DNA from: a virus
Lineage: Duplodnaviria > Caudoviricetes
IMG/VR virus record: IMGVR_UViG_2609460327_000001
Location: 32,001-96,000 of that record
Length of the DNA: 64,000 bases
Direction: 5' to 3' (one strand)
This document shows, piece by piece, positions 45,576 through 56,371 of the stretch. Positions within the stretch are counted from its first letter, which is position 1; each line of letters opens with the position of its first letter. The notes below the pieces were generated by a model. The model worked only from the letters and a program-made list of their open reading frames with translations, ran no database searches and was not told the DNA's origin. The translations under genes and the position numbers were made by a program.

Positions 45576-47801
45576 TTGGCTAAGCTTTTTATGAATGTCT
45601 TATCACGTATTGGCCTAAAGAACGCAACGACTCCAACGGGCGGCAGCTCCAGTAGCGGCATCACTGTCAATCGTGATCCAAAAGCGACTCAAGTCAAGCG
45701 AGTAGGATATGCAGTCAAAAACAGCTCAGGTGGTAGTGACGCTGAAACTCCGAAATCGGACTTTGCAGCTATTGCAACCGCCATAGAGCGTGATAGCTAT
45801 CTAACACAGACAGTCCTGAAATATAGTGAGCTGATTATGAAAGGCGGCTATGCATTTAAGAGTCGCAGTGATGAAGCTTTGCAGTATCTCAAGACAAGGT
45901 TGGATATGATGGCGATTGCTACACAAGTGCCTACAGACGAGCTATTTCATGGAATCGCAGATGATATTGTAAGATTTCACAACTCTTTCGTTGTCAAAGC
46001 CAGGGCTAAAAATGGCGTGGGTCTACCTCCGGGTCTTCCCGCAACAGCAGTCCTTCCAGCCAAAGACCCCGTAGCCGGATATTTTAGACTTCCACCCGCG
46101 ACGATCTCGATTACGCGGGATGATCAAGGTAATGTAACCAGCTATACGCAGGATTCTGGATCAGGCGGAGACACAGTAGATTTTCAGGTGCAGGATATGA
46201 TTCACATTCCTGTGAATCGTCCAGCAGGCGAAGCATTTGGTATTCCGTTTCTCGCTCCTGTTATAGATGATGTAAGGCTTTTGAGAAAGGTAGAAGAGAA
46301 TGCAGCACTCCTGCTGTATCGACACATCTTTCCGCTTCTGGCTTATACGGTAGGTGTTGCACAGCCGGGATATGAGGCAACGGATGAAGAGCTTGAAGCT
46401 ATTCGATCTGTTATCGAAGATTTACCGACAGATGGTGCGATCGTCCTTCCAGAACGCCATAAAGTAGAAGCTGTTAGTATAACAGCCATTGATGGTCGTC
46501 CTTACCTGGATTATTTCGAAAACCGAGTGTTCTCGGGGCTTGGTATGTCTCAAGTCGATTTCGGTCGGGGAGATACAGCCAATCGAAATACAGCGGACGC
46601 TATGGGTGGAAATAAAGCTGACCGAGTGAAAGGTTGGCAGAAAACGATCCAAATGTACATTGATCAATTCATTATCGAAGAGCTTTTGGTTGAGGGCGGC
46701 TACGATCCTATGGCCAACCCTGATTTTAAAGTTAACTTCGTCTTTAATGAAATTGAGCAAGAAATGCGTATCAAGGTCGAAACACATGAGATCTTTAAAT
46801 TTGAGCATAACGTTCAGACGTGGGATGAAACCCGCAAGAATATTGGAATGGACCCTGTAACCGATGAAGGTCGATTACACTTCCAAATGATTGGGATGCA
46901 GCAAGCAGAGCATCAAGCGACTCTTGATCAAGCAGCAGCCGCGGCATCCGGCAGTGCGGAGACAAACAATAAGCAACAGCCAACCAATCAAAATGGAACA
47001 CGATCCGGACCAAAAAGCAGTACAGAATCCTTGAAGGAAATGTACGACAAAGTGATTGGAATTTCGCTGAAAGAAAAAGACCAATACGACCAGATTCAAT
47101 CGGAATTTGAACTTCCTATTGAGACTGTGCAATCCCTTCATAAAGAGATGAGTAAAGTCTTCTCTGCAATGGAGGAGGATGTGATTGGTGAGATTCAGCG
47201 GACGAATACCCGTAACAGATTCCCAATGACTTCGCCATCTGAAGCCCTTTCTGCGATTCATTTCAGCAAAGACAAAATGGATCAAGTTATTCAGAAAGAA
47301 GCAAGAAGCGTACTCCTTGAAGGAGCAAAGAAAGCTGCTACTCAATTAAAGCTATCTAAAGCGCCTGGTATTAACTTATCACAATCGCTTCGACTGGTAT
47401 CTGAATTTACACAAGATTCTTTTGATTTGATGGAAGAAACAATACATCACGTATTAAATGAAAAGCTCAAAGGTGTAGATGATGAAAACAAAGCAATTCT
47501 AATCACGCGTAGCGTGTTTGAATCTGTAAGGCATCGCATTAAGGCTATTGCCAAAACGACAGTGATTAAGACATACCATTACGGATATGTTCTGGCGCTG
47601 GGCAGAAGTGGAGTCTCTAGCGTAAAAGCTCTTCATGAGCCTGGAAGCTGTTCAACCTGCTATGAGAAATCGCAGGAGATTATCTCACTAGTAGAGTTAT
47701 CGTCCTACGATGAGATGGCTATATTCTATCGCATTCCCCCGTTTCACACGAACTGCGAATGTGATCTAACAATCCATGACGAAGGGGGTGAAGCTAAGTG
47801 A
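45576..47801 (+). CDS. Portal protein with a C-terminal MuF-like head-morphogenesis domain
   Basis: MIHI...FGIP.LAP portal pattern, position, and a C-terminal CSTC...PPFHTNCEC. Confidence 0.8.
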   Translation: MAKLFMNVLSRIGLKNATTPTGGSSSSGITVNRDPKATQVKRVGYAVKNSSGGSDAETPKSDFAAIATAIERDSYLTQTVLKYSELIMKGGYAFKSRSDEALQYLKTRLDMMAIATQVPTDELFHGIADDIVRFHNSFVVKARAKNGVGLPPGLPATAVLPAKDPVAGYFRLPPATISITRDDQGNVTSYTQDSGSGGDTVDFQVQDMIHIPVNRPAGEAFGIPFLAPVIDDVRLLRKVEENAALLLYRHIFPLLAYTVGVAQPGYEATDEELEAIRSVIEDLPTDGAIVLPERHKVEAVSITAIDGRPYLDYFENRVFSGLGMSQVDFGRGDTANRNTADAMGGNKADRVKGWQKTIQMYIDQFIIEELLVEGGYDPMANPDFKVNFVFNEIEQEMRIKVETHEIFKFEHNVQTWDETRKNIGMDPVTDEGRLHFQMIGMQQAEHQATLDQAAAAASGSAETNNKQQPTNQNGTRSGPKSSTESLKEMYDKVIGISLKEKDQYDQIQSEFELPIETVQSLHKEMSKVFSAMEEDVIGEIQRTNTRNRFPMTSPSEALSAIHFSKDKMDQVIQKEARSVLLEGAKKAATQLKLSKAPGINLSQSLRLVSEFTQDSFDLMEETIHHVLNEKLKGVDDENKAILITRSVFESVRHRIKAIAKTTVIKTYHYGYVLALGRSGVSSVKALHEPGSCSTCYEKSQEIISLVELSSYDEMAIFYRIPPFHTNCECDLTIHDEGGEAK

Positions 47802-49237
47802 GGAATGTATACACGCTTACAGAACATGAACAAAAAACACTGGTGCCTAAAGCCTTTAACGAGAATTTAGGGACCATCGGAAAGATCAAACGAGAATCAG
47901 TCCAAGTGTTGAATGAATCAGCCAAAGGAAAACCCAAAAAGCTGATTGTTACCATTGAAGCAATCCACGTTGGTCGTACTCGTAACTATACGTATTACAC
48001 CAAAGAAGGATTGTCTGCAGGTCTTGAAAGCTGGACGTCACCACGGCCGAAGCCGGTACTGACTCACCACAATGATGTTGACGGTGAGCCAATCGGACGG
48101 ATCATCAAGGCAGAGTACCATGATGTGACGATGTCGGGTAAGCCAGGGCTTATGTTTACCGTAGAGAGCACCGATCCGGTCGCAATTGAGAAGGTGCTTG
48201 ATGGTCGATACCAAACAGTATCTATCGGGGCGAGTACAGACAAGGTTACTTGTAACATTTGCGGATCAGACCGCACTCAAGAGTGGTGTGAGCACTATCC
48301 CGGCCAAGAGTACGAGGATCAGACAGCTCATTTCATTATTGGAACAACATATGGACGTGAAGTTTCATATGTAAATGTCCCTGCTGACGAATATGCCGGA
48401 AACACAGGTGTTACTGCAGTTTATGAGGACGATGGAAGCAATTCAAACGGGTCTTCTCAAGAATCCGTTCAAATGAATATCTTTCAACTAGCCGAAGGGT
48501 TACTGCAGCATGTAGATAGCCCAGGTACTAACCTATATGAGCAGTTAAATGAAGGACAAAAGAAAGCCTTCGAAAACTTGCTTAGATTTGAAGAAGGGAG
48601 TACAACAATGCCTAATCCAAATGAGGAAAATCCAGAAACTACAGTTACAGGAACAAAAGAAGGAGAGCAGACGCCTCCAACTGAGCCAGAAACAACCCCA
48701 GTGGCTGGCACTAAAGAAGGAGAGCAAACACCTCCTGCACCGGCTAATGCTGACCCAGTTGCACAAACAACGGAAAGCAACCCGCCTGCTCCTGCAACTC
48801 CTCCAACTCCGACAGTTAATGTGACGGAAATGCAGCAGACCATTACAAATCTCGTAATGGAGAACCAACGCATTGGAGCGAAGCTGTCTGAAGCACAAGC
48901 AGAAGTTTCTCGACTGACACAAGAAAATGCAACATTGAATGAGGCAGCTCATCGATCTCTTGCAGAAAGCGTTGTTCAGTTAAAACGTCAGCTAAACAAA
49001 CCTGATGTTGTAGGTGTCGATCACCAAGAAGCAGTAGATGCACATGCAGCACGTAGTAAAGAGTCCTTGGAAAATACAAGAACTGATCTTCTTGCAGAAT
49101 CTAAAACTCTTAAGCCGGTTCCAGGTAGCGTAACAAACCCTGGTGTTCATACAGATGAGTCCGATAAGCCGAAAACGATGACTGGACAAGATGCTGTAAA
49201 TCTATTTAGTGGCATGTTTAAAAGCAAAAAACACTAA
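47798..49237 (+). CDS. Prohead protease fused to a scaffold domain
   Basis: KPVLTHH...PIGR, VSIG (Ser), EVSYVNVPAD, a Zn-ribbon insert (CNICG...CEH), a P/T/E linker and a coiled coil. Confidence 0.85.
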   Translation: MRNVYTLTEHEQKTLVPKAFNENLGTIGKIKRESVQVLNESAKGKPKKLIVTIEAIHVGRTRNYTYYTKEGLSAGLESWTSPRPKPVLTHHNDVDGEPIGRIIKAEYHDVTMSGKPGLMFTVESTDPVAIEKVLDGRYQTVSIGASTDKVTCNICGSDRTQEWCEHYPGQEYEDQTAHFIIGTTYGREVSYVNVPADEYAGNTGVTAVYEDDGSNSNGSSQESVQMNIFQLAEGLLQHVDSPGTNLYEQLNEGQKKAFENLLRFEEGSTTMPNPNEENPETTVTGTKEGEQTPPTEPETTPVAGTKEGEQTPPAPANADPVAQTTESNPPAPATPPTPTVNVTEMQQTITNLVMENQRIGAKLSEAQAEVSRLTQENATLNEAAHRSLAESVVQLKRQLNKPDVVGVDHQEAVDAHAARSKESLENTRTDLLAESKTLKPVPGSVTNPGVHTDESDKPKTMTGQDAVNLFSGMFKSKKH

Positions 49238-49271
49238 AACATGTATACCAATTTAAGGAGTTGACTATTCA

Positions 49272-50498
49272 ATGGCATTATTCTCTGGCAATACAGGTCC
49301 TCTTAGAGACACACCAGATCAGTACAATCGTACAAATACCAAGCTTCAAGCAGGTACTCATGATAGTCCCGGTGAGAAGTTTGCGATTGACCCTCGTCTG
49401 AAACGTCTTTTCCGCTATCATTTCGGTGGCGATGGCTGGGTTGTAATTCCAAAAGGTCGTGCAGTTGCGCCAGCAGCTGATAACTTTGGCGAAAGACAAG
49501 ATGGCGTAATTAAAGACTTCGACAGTGGCACATTACTTCCAGTTCTTACATTGGCAAACGGCGGTAAAGATGTAACGGACGTTCATAAAACAGACGGTTC
49601 CACTTACACTCGTGCAGCTAATAAAGCGATTGGCGTAGCTTACGGTAACTTGTATGAAGAGTTTGTAGATGGTTTCAACGGCATGCAGCCGACAATTGAA
49701 AATACGATCTACATTGAGCTTCCATACATTCCAGTAAAAGCAGATGCTGAGGAAATTCATTGGGGTTCTTTCTACGATGTGAATCCAGCGCGTCCTGCGA
49801 AAAACGGCGACTATGTAATGTCTGATGAAAACGGACGCTTGATTGTAGCCGACTTCGATCAGATTCGTGAACAAATCAAAGCAGCGACTACCATTGATGA
49901 GTTGAAAGCCTTGATGGAAAAAGAAAGTATCATGCGTGATCAAGCAATCGGTCAGATCTGGTCTGTTGAAACTAACATGCCTCCACAAGGCTGGTTGAAA
50001 TGGGTTGGATGGAGCGAAGAAGATCAACGCTCTGATGACAGACACATCAATAACTCCGGATTCCGCCCTGAAGATATCGGCGCACAAGATGGTTTCCCTG
50101 GCTACCCTTACGAAAAAACTTATGCGAACTGGGATAAAGGACAGTACAAGCCGCAAGGTATTCCTGGTCTCACGAACGGTTCTAACATCGAAGTGCCATA
50201 CGAAGATGAAGTTATCGGCACAATTCAGCCAGGACAATCAGGACGTCATGATTTCCGTCTGGAACACCTTCCAGCTGTAGCCGGAACAATCGAAGTTAAA
50301 TTCGATGGACAAGTCATCCAACCTGATTATGTTAATGCTGATCTAGGCTTGGTTGTTGTAACGGTTGATAACACTGCTGGCACTACTCCTAAAAATGTAA
50401 CGGCAACGTACAAAGCAACAGGTCAAATCCCTGGTATCCCAACAGGTTGGGACTTCAAAGGTTCGATCGGTGCGGTTCGTATCCTGCTTCATAAATAA
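49272..50498 (+). CDS. Capsid-associated (decoration/cement) protein
   Basis: Position between the protease and the MCP; highly expressed codon bias. Confidence 0.6.
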   Translation: MALFSGNTGPLRDTPDQYNRTNTKLQAGTHDSPGEKFAIDPRLKRLFRYHFGGDGWVVIPKGRAVAPAADNFGERQDGVIKDFDSGTLLPVLTLANGGKDVTDVHKTDGSTYTRAANKAIGVAYGNLYEEFVDGFNGMQPTIENTIYIELPYIPVKADAEEIHWGSFYDVNPARPAKNGDYVMSDENGRLIVADFDQIREQIKAATTIDELKALMEKESIMRDQAIGQIWSVETNMPPQGWLKWVGWSEEDQRSDDRHINNSGFRPEDIGAQDGFPGYPYEKTYANWDKGQYKPQGIPGLTNGSNIEVPYEDEVIGTIQPGQSGRHDFRLEHLPAVAGTIEVKFDGQVIQPDYVNADLGLVVVTVDNTAGTTPKNVTATYKATGQIPGIPTGWDFKGSIGAVRILLHK

Positions 50499-50529
50499 TT
50501 CGTAATCACAGAAAGGGGCCTAGCCACTT

Positions 50530-51615
50530 ATGATGAACTTAAATGAAATGCAATTGTCTCCGGAGGCTGTGAAAGTCTACGAGAGAATGCAGCGTCAGCT
50601 CAACCTTGAAGAGGATTGGACGCAAATTCCGAAAGGTGAACTTGTCGGCGTAAAAGAAGCACTAACTACTCAAGATGCTTCCATTCTTATCCCTCGCGTT
50701 ATTACTGGTATGATGCGTGAAGCGGCTGAGCCTATGTATCTCGGTTCCACTCTGATGCAGACAGTGCGTCTAACAGAAGGACGTTCTATCGAGTTCCCGT
50801 CCATTGGCGCAATGCGTGCACATGATATCGGGGAAAGCCAATCGTACCTGGAAGAAACTGTTGACTTCCAAATGCACCGCACTCAAGAAGTCAAAGTTGG
50901 TAAATCCGGTATGGTGGTCCGCGTGACGGACGAAATGATCAACGACTCCCAATGGGACGTAATCGGGATCTTGGTTCGTAAAGCGGGCGAAGCAATGGCT
51001 CGTCTTAAAGAAGAAAAAATCTTCAACCAGTTCTCTAAGCATGGTCACATCGTATATGATAACGACATTCGTCAAAAATATACGGAAGCAGGTACAACTG
51101 GCCGTGATATCGATGGCAACTTTAATAATACACTGAGCACAGAAGATATGATTGATATGTTCGTAGCGGTTATGGCCAACGGATTCAATCCTACAGATAT
51201 CATCATGCATCCACTGACTTGGAGTGTATTCTTCAAAAATGATCTGATGCAATCCCTGTCTCATGCAGCACTGGGCGGTTCTCAAATTACGAACCTTCAA
51301 ATTAACCCAGACAGCGTGCAAGGACGTATTCCATTCAGCATCAACATCAACTTTACGCCGTTTGCTCCATTCAACTACGAACAGAAGAAATTCGATATGT
51401 ATGTTGTGGACAAATCCAATATCGGTATCGTGCTCGTTAAAGACCCACTGTCTACAGAGCAATTCGATGATCCAATGCGTGATATCCAAACGATCAAAGT
51501 TAAAGAACGCTATGGTATCGGCGTATTGAACGAAGGTAAAGCAGTAGCGACAGCTCGTAACCTTGCTTTCGAACGCAGCTATCCAAATCCTCAAACAGTA
51601 CGAGTTGTCTCTTAA
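50530..51615 (+). CDS. Major capsid protein (HK97 fold)
   Basis: LIPRVI, K.G..VRVTDEMINDS.WD, AMARLKEE, IIMHP..W, KERYG; size and position fit. Confidence 0.9.
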   Translation: MMNLNEMQLSPEAVKVYERMQRQLNLEEDWTQIPKGELVGVKEALTTQDASILIPRVITGMMREAAEPMYLGSTLMQTVRLTEGRSIEFPSIGAMRAHDIGESQSYLEETVDFQMHRTQEVKVGKSGMVVRVTDEMINDSQWDVIGILVRKAGEAMARLKEEKIFNQFSKHGHIVYDNDIRQKYTEAGTTGRDIDGNFNNTLSTEDMIDMFVAVMANGFNPTDIIMHPLTWSVFFKNDLMQSLSHAALGGSQITNLQINPDSVQGRIPFSININFTPFAPFNYEQKKFDMYVVDKSNIGIVLVKDPLSTEQFDDPMRDIQTIKVKERYGIGVLNEGKAVATARNLAFERSYPNPQTVRVVS

Positions 51616-51677
51616 TCTGCTTGTTTGGTAAGGTATAGCAAACTAAACTAAACTAAACTTAAATGGAGGGATCAAAT

Positions 51678-52199
51678 ATGGCTGTACAAGTGACGTTCGG
51701 TTTAGCGCCGCGCAAAACTAGCTACTTTGATCCCCTCACTAACACTTATCTTACGCTGGCTAATCCTACACGGTCATTGACATATGACGAGACCAAGCCT
51801 GAGACGATGAAAAACATTGTCCACGCTGTGTTGTGTAAGATGCCAGCTTTGGTGTTATATGAGGGGGAGCTTCCGGCCTCTGTAATCGAGAACTGGAAAG
51901 CAAAGTTTACTGATGTATTTAAAACAAATACAAAAGAAGTTCGTAAGACTTTGGATGGAAAACTTGTTCATCCAGATCCTTCAATGGCTGTTGATCGCGC
52001 AGATCAGCTCTTGGCTGGCAACGCTGATCTTCCTAATGCTAAAGAAGCAGGAGAGCCTGAGATCGTTCAAGTGAACGCAATGGCAGCTGCGGCAGCAACT
52101 GCTGAAGCTCCTGAAGAAGTCAAGGAAGAGGTCAAGGAAGAAGCGCCAAAAACAACAGCTAAACGCACCGCTAGAGCTGCAGCAAAAACTCAAGAATAA
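51678..52199 (+). CDS. Putative head-associated protein
   Basis: Follows the MCP; E/K/A-rich tail. Confidence 0.6.
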   Translation: MAVQVTFGLAPRKTSYFDPLTNTYLTLANPTRSLTYDETKPETMKNIVHAVLCKMPALVLYEGELPASVIENWKAKFTDVFKTNTKEVRKTLDGKLVHPDPSMAVDRADQLLAGNADLPNAKEAGEPEIVQVNAMAAAAATAEAPEEVKEEVKEEAPKTTAKRTARAAAKTQE

Positions 52200-52224
52200 T
52201 ATAGCGTGAAAGGCAGGGACCATC

Positions 52225-54291
52225 ATGAATGAAGAAATGAGCGTCATGCCTTTCACTATTGATGCAGGAAATCCGATGAAAGAGCGGCTATTCAGGCAAG
52301 TTTCTTTTCCGGGTAGTGAAGGTGTCTATCGTCTTCGTGTAGTTCAAGCCGAAGGCGATAGCGCATCAATAGTGACACAAAAGCGCGTTGATACCGGCCT
52401 TGAAGCAGACAGCGTAGAAGGCGCTATATTCCGTGTTAAAGCCGTTCTGGATTCACCGATCGATAGTGTTTCGGAATCCTATTGGCTAACACTTGGGTTA
52501 AATCCGCAGCCGGGTGAAGTGAAAAGGCTCAATCAGTATCGAATCCGTGGTGTTTCGGATGTCGGGTACAGAAGTGATTGGATCTATTCAGAACTCAAGG
52601 ACGATCAAAATGAGCTTTTAGTTTATGAAATGCTTTACGATCTTCTTGATATCCTAACAATGGTTCGAGAGGGAGAAGTCGAGAGTCTTGTTAGTCTCAT
52701 AGTGGACGACGCGCTTCAATCTACGCTCCGCAAGGATCGAACCAGACATGACTTCCTTATGAATCATGAGGATGAAATGACGACAGGCACATCCGAACAA
52801 TTTATTGTTCGAGCTAGCAGTATGGAAAGTGTACATGAGCAGATGGAAGCTGCGCTTCAGGAAGTATTTCAGCTGATCGGCAAGGAGCTAGGACATGAGT
52901 TCAAAGAAAGTTTCATGTCCTCACATAAAGAGTTCTCAGAGCTTATGAGACTGCACCGCGTGTCCGACCAGATCAAGAATCGGACAGATGATATCGTGAC
53001 GTTTGTTCTTGAAGTTTTCCTTGAAGATGCGATTGATAAAATCATTAAAAAGTCCAGGATTGAAGTCTTCTTAGAAAACGGCGAAAATCAAGCGATTTAT
53101 TTAGGTGATAGCACTGATTTCGATATAAAGCGTGAAGTATTGAAGTCAGCACATGATCTGATGCCTTCTGACGACTTTGTTCTAAAAGCTAATGGTACAG
53201 TACAATTAATACTAGAGCCTGCGCTGCAAGAACAGATGGACTATGTTCATTTGGAATCTACAAAAACAGAGCTCAACTACTTTAAGAATGAGATCCTTGA
53301 GGCTCTGATAGCGGAACCTGAAGAAGAGCTGCTAATGCTTATGAAGCTCTTTATTACTGATGCCTTGTTCCCTTATCTAGCGCTTGATCAGTTAGCGGCT
53401 AGTCTCTATCTGGAAGTCGAGGATGAAGCGGATCTGTCTAAGAAGAAGTCTCATGGCATAGTCAGATATGACATCTATCATGACGATGATGTAATGCAAT
53501 ACATGATTGTTAAGGATCTTGTTAAGGAACTGATAAGCGGAGACCTCCTGCCTCATATCGATGACTATTTTGTTCATCTGGTAGATAAGCTCATAGGCCG
53601 CATACAAGAAAAAGCTCACGTTCTAGTGGACTATGAAATTGTTGAGGCATTCGACAATTTTGCAGGCATCGGGGAACGTCTGCAGCAGGGCTATATGGCA
53701 ATTAAAGCGACCTACTCAGAGGATTGGGTGGTCGAAATGCTGGAAGGCTTAGAAGCTCATTATGAGCCTCAGATTTCCTTTAAAGATAATGTAGATATGA
53801 ATCTGCATGAATCCTTCAAATGGATCGAGACTGCACGCCATAAAGCTAATGAAACCACGAACATTGCTTTGGATGAAAGGCTAAATGTGACTCGTGGGCA
53901 TTCTGCCAATCTAATCGATCAAGCACAATTAAGCATAAGCTCCACTTATCAAATCATCGCAGATTATCAAAAGCGGTTAAGTGAATACTACGATGTTTTG
54001 ATTCAAGATGATATACAAATCCGGAAAGACCTCGCTGGATCAACGAATGAGGCAATTAGCTTTGATTCTAACGACAGCGTCTATCCGGTCTATATGCCAA
54101 ATATAAGCGACCAACGAAAACGTCTTGCTTCTGATAATGTAATGCCGTTCATTCATCCACAGCCAGCTGACTTCTTTAAGATTAGCGGCAAGGAGAAAGT
54201 GCAGTACGCACTAGGCAACGGATTTGATGAAGGATGGCCAATCGGGGAATTTATACTTGGCGTCAATACCCTAAAAGGAGTGGACTCATAA
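52225..54291 (+). CDS. Large acidic putative structural protein
   Basis: 688-aa ORF in the structural operon. Confidence 0.65.
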   Translation: MNEEMSVMPFTIDAGNPMKERLFRQVSFPGSEGVYRLRVVQAEGDSASIVTQKRVDTGLEADSVEGAIFRVKAVLDSPIDSVSESYWLTLGLNPQPGEVKRLNQYRIRGVSDVGYRSDWIYSELKDDQNELLVYEMLYDLLDILTMVREGEVESLVSLIVDDALQSTLRKDRTRHDFLMNHEDEMTTGTSEQFIVRASSMESVHEQMEAALQEVFQLIGKELGHEFKESFMSSHKEFSELMRLHRVSDQIKNRTDDIVTFVLEVFLEDAIDKIIKKSRIEVFLENGENQAIYLGDSTDFDIKREVLKSAHDLMPSDDFVLKANGTVQLILEPALQEQMDYVHLESTKTELNYFKNEILEALIAEPEEELLMLMKLFITDALFPYLALDQLAASLYLEVEDEADLSKKKSHGIVRYDIYHDDDVMQYMIVKDLVKELISGDLLPHIDDYFVHLVDKLIGRIQEKAHVLVDYEIVEAFDNFAGIGERLQQGYMAIKATYSEDWVVEMLEGLEAHYEPQISFKDNVDMNLHESFKWIETARHKANETTNIALDERLNVTRGHSANLIDQAQLSISSTYQIIADYQKRLSEYYDVLIQDDIQIRKDLAGSTNEAISFDSNDSVYPVYMPNISDQRKRLASDNVMPFIHPQPADFFKISGKEKVQYALGNGFDEGWPIGEFILGVNTLKGVDS

Positions 54292-56351
54292 TGAATTTAA
54301 AAGCAATCAATGCATTGCTGAGCAAGCTTCCAGATGGACCTAAGAAAGAATCTTTCATGAAAAGATTTCAGTCCGCAACTTCTCCAAAAGCCAATGGAGG
54401 ATTGAATGACACTTTCGAATTTGAAACGAAGGGTCATATCATGATCGAAAGAATCGACGAGGCTGGCAACAGCTTAGGCGTGCTTGCGGATCAACCAAAC
54501 TTGGTTGTCGATGGTGCCGAAGAAATTATGCTCCGTGCGTTCTCTGGCGATCCGGATCGTACTCTTTACAAAAACCGCACACCAAAAGCAACGAATGGTG
54601 TCACACAGAAATTCCATATTGGCTTGACTGATAACATTTCCAGTGCAGTGGATGGGGTAGATCAACTCAATTTTGCTCCGAATGTTTTCTGGAAAGCAGT
54701 AGACGACAGTCAGTTTAATATCACTTACAGTTACCGTCCAAAAACGGTATATCTGAAAGAAGAAGTATCTGAGCAGGTAGGCAAGAAAGCATTCAGCATT
54801 TCTACAAAATCTTCTTCTGGTGCGATTCCTATTACATCTGAGATTTATAGTGCTCAAACCAATATGTTCATTGGATTGGGTGACGGGAAAGATCGTGCAA
54901 TTGATTTCGAAGATGCGCGTATCGAAATTACTGGCGGATTTGAGGTGGCTGAAGGCAAGGCAGTAGCGACTACAGAGAATGCTTCATTGAAGCTCACTGA
55001 GAAGCTAGGACGCCTTGTTGTGAAATACGAAAAATCCAATACGGGTGGACAAATCGGGGTTTATGTTGATGGCACTTTGAAAGAGACCATTGAGACTTAC
55101 GATTCTTCCCTTGCAGAACCGGTTTCTGCTGAAAAAGTATTTGCAGATCTTGACCGCGAAACTTCTCATGAAGTTGAACTTCGCTTTACAGGAAAAGATC
55201 CTTCGATTACTGAGGGAGCAAATGTAGTGATTACTGGACTTCGTTCAGATGGTCTTACTGAAGCAATGAACGGCTTGGCGCATGAGTTTGAGAACTTCAC
55301 AAAATCGTTCCAAACCATTACGTCATACAGCACTTCAACAAACCCTCCTTATGTAGCGCAGCTGGAGCATTTCCCTGTTGTTCCTGAGAGTCTTGAGGTT
55401 TCTTATGAAGATGAAACTTTCGAGCGAGTTGAAGATCGAGCTGATCTTGCAGATGGCAAGTACTTCCTTGATGAGAAAAAAGGAACGCTTGAATTTAATA
55501 AAACGCTGAGCGGATTGCACGTCACTTATGATATCACCGGCGAAAGATACGATTTGAAAGCAGCCGCAGCGTTGACGAATCAAACCGTAACTTCCAATGT
55601 AACCGGTGAAGCTGTAGGTACAGGCGACGGCACGGTGTCGGTGTTTAACCTTGCTAATACGAATGTAGTAAGCTCATCGCTTGTTCTTAAAGTTAACGGC
55701 GAGGTCGTTACAACTGGATTCGGTCACAGCAAAGGCGTGATTACCTTCTCAAACGCTCCTGCAGTAGACACAGTCATTACAGCTGACTACCGCTATACTA
55801 CTGTTGGTAAGGTGTACAATGCACCAGTTGTCTTGAAAGAAGCAACTGTATTTGATGCTAATACAGGCAAAGAGCTAGCACTGGTAGCAACAGACGATGA
55901 ATTTAACACTGGAAAGTTCAAACTTTCGGAAGATAAGAAATCGATCGTCATTAGCACTTTGGATGCAGAAGGCACCGCTATCGTGAACTACGATATTTAC
56001 TATACTTCTGAGGAGATTCCAGGATTCGAGACAGGTTATGCACGAGCTGTCATCGAGAAGCCAAAAGCGGGAACAGCTTATCCTTGGTATCAGCTTGATA
56101 AAGGAACAGTAAGCTTCATCGCTGAGTTCCCTGAGCAAGTACCGGCATACAACGTGACGATTCGTGAAATGGGATTGTTTAACGGGCCACGTAAGGATGA
56201 TGCAATTGAGGGATTTACTGGATTCCCAGTCGATGCTTACTCCTTAGTACGTGTTGGCGATACCGTGAAAGATGTTACCACAGGAATCCGTGTCACTTGG
56301 ACAATTAAGCTACTGAATAAAAACGGGGACGCTTTTAAAGGCGGATTCTAA
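54291..56351 (+). CDS. Fibre/collar-like structural protein with inserted beta-sandwich domains
   Basis: N-terminal GHIMIE...NLVVDG and C-terminal IREMGLF...RVTWTI frame, with internal GDG...F.L...V.VNG repeats. Confidence 0.65.
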   Translation: MNLKAINALLSKLPDGPKKESFMKRFQSATSPKANGGLNDTFEFETKGHIMIERIDEAGNSLGVLADQPNLVVDGAEEIMLRAFSGDPDRTLYKNRTPKATNGVTQKFHIGLTDNISSAVDGVDQLNFAPNVFWKAVDDSQFNITYSYRPKTVYLKEEVSEQVGKKAFSISTKSSSGAIPITSEIYSAQTNMFIGLGDGKDRAIDFEDARIEITGGFEVAEGKAVATTENASLKLTEKLGRLVVKYEKSNTGGQIGVYVDGTLKETIETYDSSLAEPVSAEKVFADLDRETSHEVELRFTGKDPSITEGANVVITGLRSDGLTEAMNGLAHEFENFTKSFQTITSYSTSTNPPYVAQLEHFPVVPESLEVSYEDETFERVEDRADLADGKYFLDEKKGTLEFNKTLSGLHVTYDITGERYDLKAAAALTNQTVTSNVTGEAVGTGDGTVSVFNLANTNVVSSSLVLKVNGEVVTTGFGHSKGVITFSNAPAVDTVITADYRYTTVGKVYNAPVVLKEATVFDANTGKELALVATDDEFNTGKFKLSEDKKSIVISTLDAEGTAIVNYDIYYTSEEIPGFETGYARAVIEKPKAGTAYPWYQLDKGTVSFIAEFPEQVPAYNVTIREMGLFNGPRKDDAIEGFTGFPVDAYSLVRVGDTVKDVTTGIRVTWTIKLLNKNGDAFKGGF

Positions 56352-56371
56352 GAATAGGGGGATAACAGACA

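Noticed and set aside
51640-51659. (AAACT)4 microsatellite after the MCP gene as a frameshift or read-through signal
   Set aside because: It lies downstream of the stop codon, and read-through in the MCP frame meets another stop within 12 codons.
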